Part shown: one piece after another, positions 54,805 through 64,000 of the stretch
Layout of the letters: every line of letters starts with the position of its first letter
Position numbering within the stretch: the stretch's first letter is position 1
Source of the DNA: a virus
Lineage: Duplodnaviria; Caudoviricetes
DNA: 64,000 bases
Reading direction: 5' to 3' (one strand)
Virus record (IMG/VR): IMGVR_UViG_3300047539_000055
The notes under the pieces: generated by a model
Database searches by the model: none
What the model saw: the letters and a program-made list of their open reading frames with translations, nothing else
What the model was told of the DNA's origin: nothing
Position numbers and translations under genes: made by a program

Positions 54805-57747
54805 TTAGTTTTGTCCGAATATCTGCCATGTTGAACCATTGGTTTCGTAGTTTGCGGCCATTTGAAATGTTAGTTCAGTTATGGGTACCGTATTGTGCCA
54901 TGCACCTGCGATGGTTGCTAGGCTGACTCCACCTGAGTATTCTTCGCTTGCTGTTCCTTGGCAAATCTTCCAGAAACCGGAGGTTGAGTTAGCGTACTGT
55001 GGGAAGAATAGTTCCAGCGCAGTTGAGGAGTTTGCTACCGATGAGCCAGCAACACCGGTAAGATTTATTGCTCCTGTGGCTTGCTGAGCGACGGCACCCG
55101 TACCACCGGGGTTTGTCTCCCATACAGAGGAGTCGTAGTTGTTGCCGCTGTCTGCGTTTACTATCATATTGAAGGTTTGACCAGGACCATAACTCGAAGA
55201 GGTATTGGCTACAGCCACAATCTTGATGTTGCTGTAAGTTCCGGGGATCGCGCTGATGTCGAGGTTACCAACTGGACCCGTTACTGTACAAACACCACTT
55301 GCGTATGTACAACCAGTCCAAGTTACTGCTGAACTGATATTAGTCCAAGCACCACCGCCACCACTTGGTGTGACGGCTGTATAACATGGGTTTGGAGACA
55401 GTCCTGTTGTATATTGTAAGTTTTGTCCATTTGTGGGAGTGAACCCAGTACAAAGCGGAACGCTATTGATTCCGACAACCTGTTGACTTGAACTACTTCC
55501 TGAAAGATCACCACCAGCACTAAAAGAACCACTTGGCGCAGTTGCAGGTCCATAACAAGGGCTTGGAGTTCCACCTGTTGTATATTCTACAAAATCGCCG
55601 TTTATTGGTGAATACGAAGTACAGAATGGAACGGATTCTAATCCTACAACTTCTTGACTTGAACTACTTCCTGAAAGATCGCCAGCAGCGGTGAAACTAC
55701 CACCATATGAAGTCCAAGTATGGGTAGAAGCCGGACAATAAGTTATTGCCCCATCATTAGTCATTTCATATTGTCCTGTATGCCCCGTACACGAACCACT
55801 AGGTGCAATGGCGGGTCCAACTATAAAAGTCAATTTCATTCCGCCGGAAAAGTCTGAGAGTGTTCCGCAATTGCCTAAGTTGATCTGATTGTTTACTGTT
55901 TGATCAAGAGAAAAACTAAATGTTGGTGCGGTTTCAAACATTAGTCCGTAAATCGTTGTACCTACATAACTGTTCCAACATGATTGATAATTGCCTGTAT
56001 GAATGCCTTGAATTTGAGAGTTATTGAAAGTGTAAAATGTATCAAGATATGGGGTGAGGCTACCACTTGCTGCGTAAGTGAATGGTTGGTACTGACCACC
56101 TATCCATGGATATTGAGTTACAGATACTCCAACTTGTGGGCCACCAGTGCCGCCATATTGAGCATATATGGTTCCAAATGATGCAAGACTTTGAGCAAAG
56201 ATATTAGCAACATTCAAATTAGGACATCCTTGAGTGTAATAACAAAAAGATGTACTCTGAACCGCTGTTCCTTGAGCTAATAAGTTTGATGATATATTGT
56301 TAAAAACATAACCATTACCTTGATCAGTTAAATGTTGATTTGATAGAAATAAATTTGTGTCAGAATCATTGGCTAAATCTTGCGCTACATCAGCAAAAGA
56401 ATCCCAATATTCTCCTGCTCCCGCTGGAGTCGCTGTCGGACCTTGACCTCTCATCCAAGTATTGACAGTCAGAATATCGGAGTCTGTATTTCCATTATAA
56501 ATTGTGCTTGTGTGTGGAATTAAACTTTCTGCCATAACTGTAAAACCATCAGTATGTGCCATTGCCCAAAGAGTTCGTAAATTGGTTTCAACAGTTCCAG
56601 TAGTACCACCGCCCTCGATAATATCACCAACTCCACCTTGAAGGATAAGAATACCGGGCTTTCCAGTTATTGCAGGACTTAGGGGATGAACTAGGGCAGC
56701 ATAGTTTGAAATCAAATCAGAAACCGCTGCGTTTCCTACAGCTTGAAGATTTACTGTGCTAGAACTAGGAAGTAAAGGACTATTTGCTAAAAGTGTTGAT
56801 GGAAGTTGGGTACAACCATATAGTCCAGCCCCAGTTGTTCCAGAAGAGATTCCAGTTACATTGGCTTCAAATTGTATTCCTGAAAGACCAGTTGAAAGAA
56901 TCACAACTTTCTCGCCATTCAATACACTTCCAAGTCCAGTAAAACCATAGAGTGTAATAAAATCACCTGCCGATTGCGCTTGGGTAGCAGTGAAAGTTCC
57001 AACGCTTCCTGTGATCGTGCTGGCTGTGATCGCTAAACCATTATAACCACAGGTCATTAATCCTGTTGAACTCGATCCAGTAACAGCAACTCTTGAATCG
57101 CCATAAATAACATATCCAGTATTTGGTGGATATATTGCAGCGGCTCCACTAGCAGGAGTTGGTGTGTAATATCCTTGTACACCACCCAATACTCCCCAAT
57201 ATGTTCCATTACCACCAGTTGATCCAACAGACGCAGAAGCGCCGGAAATACTGATTGGCCAAGTTCCTGATGCACCTGTTCCTGTAGCTGATGGAGCGCC
57301 AACAGTATGATAATCAATGGCTACTGCTGCTGAACCATTAAATGAAGCGCCTGGTGCTGCGCCTCCGCTGGTATTGAAAGAGAGAGGATTTGTTGTAGTC
57401 CCACCACCGCCACCAATACTAATGTTATTCCATAGATAAGTTGCACCACCATTATTATTGGAGCATTGATATAAATGAAAATCTTGAGTTACATAATAGG
57501 TATATAGATTTACTGTGCTTGAACAAGGCAAAGATGGAGCGCCCACTCCAAGAAGAGTAACAGGCTGTGAGCCGATACTAGCGTTAATAAGCGCATTGTT
57601 TGTGGTTCCCACACCAGTTCCACCATTCAATTTAGGTAAAGTTCCTTGAACCTGACTTCCTAAATCAATTTTTGTGGAGCGTTGAGAAAATCCAAGTAAT
57701 GGTGATATCAATAGAACCAAAACAGCCAATGCTTTGTTAAATTTCAT
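54805..57747 (-). CDS. Fibre/spike-like protein with N-terminal signal peptide and SGNH esterase-like domain
   Basis: MKFNK-hydrophobic-GFS|Q; YGDS block I, GGVGD block III, QHL block V; Gly/Ser/Thr-rich repeats. Confidence 0.65.
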   Translation of the reverse strand: MKFNKALAVLVLLISPLLGFSQRSTKIDLGSQVQGTLPKLNGGTGVGTTNNALINASIGSQPVTLLGVGAPSLPCSSTVNLYTYYVTQDFHLYQCSNNNGGATYLWNNISIGGGGGTTTNPLSFNTSGGAAPGASFNGSAAVAIDYHTVGAPSATGTGASGTWPISISGASASVGSTGGNGTYWGVLGGVQGYYTPTPASGAAAIYPPNTGYVIYGDSRVAVTGSSSTGLMTCGYNGLAITASTITGSVGTFTATQAQSAGDFITLYGFTGLGSVLNGEKVVILSTGLSGIQFEANVTGISSGTTGAGLYGCTQLPSTLLANSPLLPSSSTVNLQAVGNAAVSDLISNYAALVHPLSPAITGKPGILILQGGVGDIIEGGGTTGTVETNLRTLWAMAHTDGFTVMAESLIPHTSTIYNGNTDSDILTVNTWMRGQGPTATPAGAGEYWDSFADVAQDLANDSDTNLFLSNQHLTDQGNGYVFNNISSNLLAQGTAVQSTSFCYYTQGCPNLNVANIFAQSLASFGTIYAQYGGTGGPQVGVSVTQYPWIGGQYQPFTYAASGSLTPYLDTFYTFNNSQIQGIHTGNYQSCWNSYVGTTIYGLMFETAPTFSFSLDQTVNNQINLGNCGTLSDFSGGMKLTFIVGPAIAPSGSCTGHTGQYEMTNDGAITYCPASTHTWTSYGGSFTAAGDLSGSSSSQEVVGLESVPFCTSYSPINGDFVEYTTGGTPSPCYGPATAPSGSFSAGGDLSGSSSSQQVVGINSVPLCTGFTPTNGQNLQYTTGLSPNPCYTAVTPSGGGGAWTNISSAVTWTGCTYASGVCTVTGPVGNLDISAIPGTYSNIKIVAVANTSSSYGPGQTFNMIVNADSGNNYDSSVWETNPGGTGAVAQQATGAINLTGVAGSSVANSSTALELFFPQYANSTSGFWKICQGTASEEYSGGVSLATIAGAWHNTVPITELTFQMAANYETNGSTWQIFGQN

Positions 57748-57761
57748 AGTATCCCTCTTGT

Positions 57762-58031
57762 TTATTTAGCATTGGCTTTTGCTGATGCAATTGCCGAAGT
57801 AGTAGCTGGTGTTGGCAAATATAGATGATACAATGAGACTGCGGCTGTGAATAAAGCAACAGCGAACATATGTTGAACTCCAGTTATTGTGAACACCATA
57901 TGACCATTTGAAAATGTTTGTTGTATTTGAGAAAAAAGCGCACCAATGAACAAACCACGAAAGGTTACGAACCAAGTTTTGTTCTTAATTTCTTCCCACC
58001 ATTCTGATAAAAAATCCAATAATTGTTTCAT
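57762..58031 (-). CDS. Holin-like membrane protein
   Basis: 89 aa, two hydrophobic segments, located in the late module. Confidence 0.5.
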   Translation of the reverse strand: MKQLLDFLSEWWEEIKNKTWFVTFRGLFIGALFSQIQQTFSNGHMVFTITGVQHMFAVALFTAAVSLYHLYLPTPATTSAIASAKANAK

Positions 58032-58040
58032 AACCCTCCT

Positions 58041-59009
58041 TTAGTCGCATTCGTAGAATAGAGAATAAGATGTTCCAGTGTTAAGTCCAGCCGTTCCAAA
58101 ACTAATTGCACTGCTACCAGGTGCGACACCTTCAAGACCCGTTGATGGCAGTGTTCCATTAAAATCTTGCCATGCACAGATTGTTTGAGAAGTTCGCGTT
58201 GAGAAATTCAAAGTAACTACATTACCAAAGGTTAAACTGCCGCCTCCTGTTGTGAATACGATATCACCTGAACGAACTGTACAGACCCAACCTGCGTTGC
58301 ACGCTGGCGCACTATAACCACCCCCTGATCCAAGAACTGAAGATGAACCAGCGGTAAATGATGTGATTGGAATAACTCCCAACTCCGAATCAACATATTG
58401 AGTAGTGGAGATTTGTCCAGAATTATTACCAGCCGCCGCTGTTGGAGCAGTTGGAACTCCAGTCAAAGCAGGATCAGCAGCCAGTACTACAACTCCGGTT
58501 CCTGTTGTTCCCAAATTACCTATTACTCCGCTATTGTCATAGAGAATATCACCGGGAGTTCCACTATTGACAGGTGTTACACCAACTGTGAGAACCGTTG
58601 CCGCACCATAGGAAAACATAGTACGAGCTTCTGTAATATTGCCATTACTAATTGAAGATGAACCAGCAAGTACTATCGCTAATGGAATATCGTTTGTTGT
58701 AAATGCTGTGGTTTTTGTAGCAGGAACACAAGAAGCAGCAGTATTCAAATAAATGTAGTTTAGTACGCTGGCAGTCAAAACGAGGGTTCCGCCAGCATAA
58801 GTTGTTATAGTGGCAGCACAATTTACTGTTCCAGCAGTAAGGGCCAAATTTAATCCACTACCAGCGGTAGACCAATACCCAATACCAACTCCTTGTACAT
58901 ATTTTGCGTTAAGTGGGGAGATTGGAGCTAGTTGAGTTTGTGGTTGCTGAGCCGATATTGGCATCAGCACAGATGCAATGGCTAGAATGCAAAGAATAAT
59001 TTTTTTCAT
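58041..59009 (-). CDS. Fibre-like protein with N-terminal signal peptide
   Basis: MKKII-hydrophobic-ISA|Q; 'P.LTG.PTAPTAA.G.N..QI.TT.YV' tail-fibre repeat. Confidence 0.65.
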   Translation of the reverse strand: MKKIILCILAIASVLMPISAQQPQTQLAPISPLNAKYVQGVGIGYWSTAGSGLNLALTAGTVNCAATITTYAGGTLVLTASVLNYIYLNTAASCVPATKTTAFTTNDIPLAIVLAGSSSISNGNITEARTMFSYGAATVLTVGVTPVNSGTPGDILYDNSGVIGNLGTTGTGVVVLAADPALTGVPTAPTAAAGNNSGQISTTQYVDSELGVIPITSFTAGSSSVLGSGGGYSAPACNAGWVCTVRSGDIVFTTGGGSLTFGNVVTLNFSTRTSQTICAWQDFNGTLPSTGLEGVAPGSSAISFGTAGLNTGTSYSLFYECD

Positions 59010-59051
59010 AGTTAACCCTCAATCATATTTATCAATTTTGTATGAGAAGGC

Positions 59052-62000
59052 TTAGCTGATTCGTAGGTTCAAATTATTCAAGGAAGTTACAACCGATACA
59101 TTTTGTACTGTTGCACAAGAGACAAAGATTTCATATGGATTACATACAATTTGCTCCAATGCTCCATATGATAGATTTCCTGCTGTTGGGACAAGATTGA
59201 CAGCACTGATAATATCACCAATTTGGCTTAAAATGTAGTTACTTAGCTGCGACCAATAGAATGTTTGACCAAAATTGAAATTACCGATGGCAAAAAAGTT
59301 GTTGACTTCCGTGATTACTTGACTTGCGACCTCGCCAGAGCTAATTGAAGTATTTGGGTTTGAAACAACCACAAAAGTGGCCTGTACTAAGGAATCTGCC
59401 TTGACACCAAACAATGGAACAAACTGGGCACTATTGAAAATCAATTCATCACCAACCATTTTGTAATTATTTAAACCAGCAAAATCGTTGCTTAGAGTGG
59501 CAGTTGTTGGTGGAGTAGGTTCAGAAATCTGACCAGTTGTATCCGTGATCCATTGTTGATATGCCGTTGCATAACTCTGTTCAAGCACATAGATATCAAT
59601 AATATTGGCTGGACTTGGATCAATTCTGCGAGAATCGGCCGCATTGTGTTGATATTGGAATTTCAAGTCTTGACGACCAACAAAATAAGTATAGGTAAGC
59701 GTATCACCGGGATTATTCAATGTTGTTTTGGATGCAAGGTTCCCGATTCTACTAATTTGATAGAATGATTGGTTGGCAATGCAAAATATGATGGTTCCAT
59801 TTGCATAGTTATATAGATTGTTATTGATTACACTCAGCGTAGCAACTAATACAACGCCATTTGATTCGGCTGAAATTAGTGTGGTTGTACTCTGTGAGTT
59901 ATCAGTCACAAAGAAAAGATAATTGTTATTTGCAGCAGGATTGATCCCAACTACTGTCGTAAAGAATGATGGATTGGATGGAACTCCGCTGGAACCTAGA
60001 TCAGCATATTCAATTCCAACACGACTGCTATCAATGGTTCCATTGATTTCATTTACAGTGGAAAAAATATCGACAGGAACATCATTGGTCAATCCTAGAT
60101 TAGTATTTGTTGTGGGTGCTGAATTAGTTTTCAAAATAGTAATCTGATCGCTCAAAGTTGTGGCATTGACAGGATCATAGACCTTTGCATTTGAATCGTA
60201 ATAGAATGATGTTTGCTTTTCACTGCCAAAATAATAGGAATTGCTCTGCTGATACACAGAGAAACCGTTTGTGAGTGTTGGAACAAATGCTAATAGCCAA
60301 CTATTTGTTGAAGTGGCCGATGGGCTACTTGGCGGAACGAATGCACTACCATAAGTGGCAGGATTGAAATTCAATGGAAAAGTTGGGCTGGTTATAAGAG
60401 TCCAGCAATTTGAAATCCCTGTTCCGATTAGATTTGGATTATAGTTGAGCGCAACAGCTTTGCCAGCGGCAACATAATTGATTAGACTTTGAAGAATGGT
60501 GGATGGCAATACTGGTGAGTAGAATGGGTAGATGGAATAGAGTATTGCTCCAGTTGGAACTTTTTGATTTAGTTGGATCGCACCGCTTCCATCAACATTC
60601 ACGCCATTCATACCAATGCTATTTCCAATGCCAGCGTTGAGTGGAATGCCGGAGATGGTTGTATAGATATTTGTTTTTTGATTCAATCCAGGCAAACTAG
60701 TATTGCCAACAACTAGATTGTTGTTCTGATCAAATACATAACCACTTGGTGCTGTAAAGGTAAGCAGAGTTCCCGGAACAAGAATAGACGCAAAACTTGT
60801 TAGAACGCTTCCAAAACTTGGATCGTTGATAGTCAGTAAACTATTACTAGTTGCGATATTTCCAAACCATCCACTGGAACTTGTATTGTCAGTCAGTACC
60901 ATATTCCATTGAGTTGTCAATGCTGATTGCTGAAATTGTGGATAATTGTTGTAGATGAAACTTAAAGTGCTACTATCAGCAATAATATTTGTAATTTGCG
61001 TTTCAATAATATTGGCTAATGCGTTCAAATTTGAATAGGTATAATTATTGGTGATGATACTGGAATCCAAATAGATGTAACCATCATCACAGAAGATATT
61101 TGTGCTGCTATATTTGCCAGTTGGATCAACCACATCAAGATATCGACTTACCCCACTGCTTGTGCGATTGATAGACTTGATTTGAAGAATGTTGCTATAT
61201 TGTGTAAATGGAAAGCTATTGTAATCTTGGCCGTTTACCATTCTATTCTGTGAGTAATAGCTTTGCGGGGCTTTCAACTTGATATTGGCAAGAGATTCGG
61301 TTGCTGCACTGTTTCCAATTGTGTATTGTAGCGTTGCACGAGCAGTGAAAAGTTGAGTTCTATTTTCTTTGCTGTTGTATGGAATAGTCAAAGAAATATT
61401 GCTCATTTCATTTGGGTTGATTCTATAGTTCAATCCGTTTGAACTGCGAGTGTAGCAAATAAAATTACCAACGGGGATTGCTCCAAAAACACCATCACCA
61501 AAGACTAAGGCAATTGAATCATTTACACCGCTTGTGACTGAAAAAATAGTTTGTTGGGATACTGGCAAATTGTTGAAGGTTGTATTCTCGCCATAAATGG
61601 CTTCAACTTGAGTCCATTCTGTCAACGTTCCATTACTATTGATTTGATATAGCCAAACATCTGTATTGTTTATGCCTGTGGTGGACATATAGGCAATCGT
61701 ATTTGGAAGGGCGTTGATCAATGAAAATGCTTGTGAGGTAAGAGTGCCTTGTTTGAAGTAAAAGAAATATCCAGTGTTTGGACTATTGAATCCCATTCCA
61801 TCATTTTCAAATAATAAATTGAAAGTGGATTGAGAATCGTAAGGGTCTACTTCATAGATATACGGTTCACCAACACTAGTTGGATTCACCGATTCAAAAT
61901 TCATTGTTGTATTATCAATGGCGGCTGTGAAAGGATATGGAGGAGCTTGGCCAGCGGCACATGCCAAACCATACTCGGAATAATCAATTCCATTGATGAG

Positions 62001-62540
62001 TTGAGAATTACCCGGACTGCCAACCGTTTGTGAACTTGTCAACACAGCATTGATAATGGTGTTCCATTGATCCAACCAATTACGATTTGTGGAATCATTC
62101 CAATTGATGGAAATGCTGTTCAAATTGTTACCAAGACTGTCATACACATCATCATTGATACTAATAGTGAAAAGTTTTAGATAACCATTGGCACATAGGT
62201 TACGAGATGGAGTATAGTTGACTAAATTTGCTAGAGCAGTGATGGCGTTACGAGTTGTTGCCGTGGGTAGAAAACTTTCACGAGCATTCAGATCAAATCT
62301 ATAGCTCATGGCTTGACCCATAAACGCAATCAAATCAACTAGTGCTACGTATTCAGAGCTATTTGTATAATCATTGAAATTTTCTGGATTGTATTGCTGA
62401 AGGTAATTCAGCATTGATTGACGAAGTGTTTCAAAATCATACGACGCTAAATCTGGATTATTGAAAGCTTCATATACGGCTTGCCAATTTTGGATTCCGA
62501 AATTACCCGTCGTTTGTAATGGTGTTCCAGTTGTGCTCAT
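59052..62540 (-). CDS. Baseplate wedge subunit (gp6-like)
   Basis: YDFETLR..M..YL....PE.FNDY..SSE, DLNARE, FGDG.FG.IP, ES...IK..AP..Y..QNRMV..DY. Confidence 0.88.
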   Translation of the reverse strand: MSTTGTPLQTTGNFGIQNWQAVYEAFNNPDLASYDFETLRQSMLNYLQQYNPENFNDYTNSSEYVALVDLIAFMGQAMSYRFDLNARESFLPTATTRNAITALANLVNYTPSRNLCANGYLKLFTISINDDVYDSLGNNLNSISINWNDSTNRNWLDQWNTIINAVLTSSQTVGSPGNSQLINGIDYSEYGLACAAGQAPPYPFTAAIDNTTMNFESVNPTSVGEPYIYEVDPYDSQSTFNLLFENDGMGFNSPNTGYFFYFKQGTLTSQAFSLINALPNTIAYMSTTGINNTDVWLYQINSNGTLTEWTQVEAIYGENTTFNNLPVSQQTIFSVTSGVNDSIALVFGDGVFGAIPVGNFICYTRSSNGLNYRINPNEMSNISLTIPYNSKENRTQLFTARATLQYTIGNSAATESLANIKLKAPQSYYSQNRMVNGQDYNSFPFTQYSNILQIKSINRTSSGVSRYLDVVDPTGKYSSTNIFCDDGYIYLDSSIITNNYTYSNLNALANIIETQITNIIADSSTLSFIYNNYPQFQQSALTTQWNMVLTDNTSSSGWFGNIATSNSLLTINDPSFGSVLTSFASILVPGTLLTFTAPSGYVFDQNNNLVVGNTSLPGLNQKTNIYTTISGIPLNAGIGNSIGMNGVNVDGSGAIQLNQKVPTGAILYSIYPFYSPVLPSTILQSLINYVAAGKAVALNYNPNLIGTGISNCWTLITSPTFPLNFNPATYGSAFVPPSSPSATSTNSWLLAFVPTLTNGFSVYQQSNSYYFGSEKQTSFYYDSNAKVYDPVNATTLSDQITILKTNSAPTTNTNLGLTNDVPVDIFSTVNEINGTIDSSRVGIEYADLGSSGVPSNPSFFTTVVGINPAANNNYLFFVTDNSQSTTTLISAESNGVVLVATLSVINNNLYNYANGTIIFCIANQSFYQISRIGNLASKTTLNNPGDTLTYTYFVGRQDLKFQYQHNAADSRRIDPSPANIIDIYVLEQSYATAYQQWITDTTGQISEPTPPTTATLSNDFAGLNNYKMVGDELIFNSAQFVPLFGVKADSLVQATFVVVSNPNTSISSGEVASQVITEVNNFFAIGNFNFGQTFYWSQLSNYILSQIGDIISAVNLVPTAGNLSYGALEQIVCNPYEIFVSCATVQNVSVVTSLNNLNLRIS

Positions 62541-62555
62541 AGTAGTATTTATGTG

Positions 62556-62927
62556 TTAAAAATTATCCATATTTTCATTGTAAGTTAAGACTAATTGCTC
62601 TAATTGGTTGGTTGCAACATATCTCAAAAGCAAAGTTACCGTGATACTGTATTGGATTGGTGACACATCCAAACTAACCAAGTTGACTCGCGGATCATTT
62701 TTGATGATAGTGGTAATATTGTTGGAAATATCCTGAACATCAGAGGGAGAAATAGTTTCAAACAGCTTTTCCCAAACGATACAACCATAATTTGGTTGCA
62801 TTACACGAGAACCCCGTCTTGCTTTTAGTACATTAAGCAAGTCCTGCTTGATCAAATCGTTATCAGTCAGCACAAATTTCTTTTGACTGGACGATGATAC
62901 GGTGCTAAATCCTCGGTAGTTACTCAT
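62556..62927 (-). CDS. Baseplate wedge / sheath initiator (gp25-like)
   Basis: YRGFST, LTD..LIKQDLLN....R.G.RVM.P.YG..W..LFE, DPRV. Confidence 0.9.
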   Translation of the reverse strand: MSNYRGFSTVSSSSQKKFVLTDNDLIKQDLLNVLKARRGSRVMQPNYGCIVWEKLFETISPSDVQDISNNITTIIKNDPRVNLVSLDVSPIQYSITVTLLLRYVATNQLEQLVLTYNENMDNF

Positions 62928-62928
62928 T

Positions 62929-63363
62929 TTACTTCCTTAGTGGTAATACTGATGCGGGATATGTTTGTTGTGGAGCATTTGGGTTATTTGGATCATCGAA
63001 TGTAATAGCTTTTTGACCTTTTATTGCTGTATTATTGTCTGCAACAGCGGTAACTCTCATTGGTCGTTCAACACTGCCTTGTCCTATTGGTAATTTTTGT
63101 ATTGAATTTATTGGATATTGGCGTGCTATTGCTGCTGGATCGGGAGGAGTTGCTGTTGTATTTGGTTGTGCAAGGGTACCTGGTGTTGACGCTACATTTG
63201 ATGTGGGAGTTCCTGGTTGACTGGTAATTGGAGCAACGGTTCCTGGTTGAACGGCAACATTTGCTGAATTTTGACCAACTACTGGCGCAGTTTGTGGAAC
63301 ATTGAGTACAGGTAAAATTCCTGGCTGCGTAAATGGTGACTCAAATAATTCATGTAATCGCAT
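62929..63363 (-). CDS. Pro/Thr-rich putative internal head protein
   Basis: MRLHELFE|S leader; low-complexity body. Confidence 0.55.
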   Translation of the reverse strand: MRLHELFESPFTQPGILPVLNVPQTAPVVGQNSANVAVQPGTVAPITSQPGTPTSNVASTPGTLAQPNTTATPPDPAAIARQYPINSIQKLPIGQGSVERPMRVTAVADNNTAIKGQKAITFDDPNNPNAPQQTYPASVLPLRK

Positions 63364-63406
63364 AGTTGCTCCGTTTATCTATATCATATTTAGCCTTTTG
63401 AAAATT

Positions 63407-64000
63407 TTATGGGAAGAAAAGAATTGGCGTATTTTTTACTGCATTTATCGCTGCGTTTTTATAAGCTGTTGGATTTGCTGGAACTGTAGCAGTTGTTGCT
63501 GATGATGATGCCAATGCTATATCTGCCGGAGTTGGAGTTGTGGATGTTCCTCCTGCATTAGAAACAACAGTACTTTGTCCTTGAGTTGTAGTATTGGTTG
63601 CATCAAGATCGTGAGTTGGAACATAGCGGAACATATGTAATTGTTGAGTAAACAAGCCTTTATCAAATTTATTGGTTACATTTGACACACGAAAGTATCC
63701 ACTAAACACATTTCGATAATATTTAGAAGTAACACTAGTATCATTAGCATCAAATGCAAGATCGAGTAACCCCGTAGTAGAATTGATATCTTGAGGAATT
63801 TTGAAATTAACATTTGTATAGATTTCACCAGAGTTAAACAATATTCCTTGAATATTGATTGGTGAAGTAGGATTGAGATAAGCATCGGAACTGGTGGTGG
63901 GGAGAAATACACCATCTTGTCGAATAAAATCAGGATCGCCGTAAATTGTCATATCCAGAGAAATTTGTTCACCCGGAGCATAAATGGTAGCTGCCACATC
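63407..64000 (-). CDS. C-terminal part of a baseplate hub/tail protein (5' end outside the window)
   Basis: 'LDMTIYGDPDFI', 'NFK.P.D', 'FSG.F.V..V.N.F..G.FTQ.L' hub-like motifs. Confidence 0.6.
   Translation of the reverse strand, partial: DVAATIYAPGEQISLDMTIYGDPDFIRQDGVFLPTTSSDAYLNPTSPINIQGILFNSGEIYTNVNFKIPQDINSTTGLLDLAFDANDTSVTSKYYRNVFSGYFRVSNVTNKFDKGLFTQQLHMFRYVPTHDLDATNTTTQGQSTVVSNAGGTSTTPTPADIALASSSATTATVPANPTAYKNAAINAVKNTPILFFP

Noticed and set aside
1-64000. Stop-codon reassignment, tRNA genes, diversity-generating retroelement, inteins in PolB/ClpA
   Set aside because: Genes tile densely under the standard code with TAA, TAG and TGA all used as stops. I saw no cloverleaf, no reverse transcriptase or adenine-variant repeat pair, and protein lengths leave no room for inteins.

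Overview
A 64-kb segment of an AT-rich, T4-like (Rak2/Atu_ph07-type) jumbo myophage genome, coded mostly on the minus strand. It has four blocks. (i) Replication and chaperone genes: MoxR AAA + vWA-peptidase, Acb1/57B-like 2H phosphoesterase, RNase H, sliding clamp, family-B DNA polymerase, ClpA, DnaJ. (ii) A ~13-kb block (14.7-27.8 kb) of proteins sharing an N-terminal M-x-[LIV]-x-[ED]-[FLIV] leader resembling the T4 capsid-targeting sequence. Several are polyproteins whose enzyme modules (PolB-like NTase, ligase-like KxDG, HxGH nucleotidyltransferase, SprT peptidase, ParB, 3x GNAT, Cys-His-Asp hydrolase, a 5x repeated unknown GWxxPxG domain) are joined by [hydrophobic]-x-E linkers matching the prohead-protease cleavage rule. 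I infer a virion-packaged, injected effector arsenal with cassette-like module exchange. (iii) A ~900-bp gene-free region with a sigma70-driven, highly structured ~300-nt ncRNA candidate next to divergent GNA-loop DNA mini-hairpins (candidate origin). It is followed by a Zn-finger/EndoVII gene split by a 258-bp non-autonomous IS200/IS605 element that keeps its promoter and a probable omegaRNA scaffold. (iv) A baseplate/tail-fibre module that includes fibre-like proteins with Sec signal peptides. Many TAAATA late promoters and sigma70 promoters sit 5-6 nt from an ATG, suggesting leaderless mRNAs. No tRNA, rRNA or CRISPR array was seen. All calls come from motif recognition by eye; no database searches were run.
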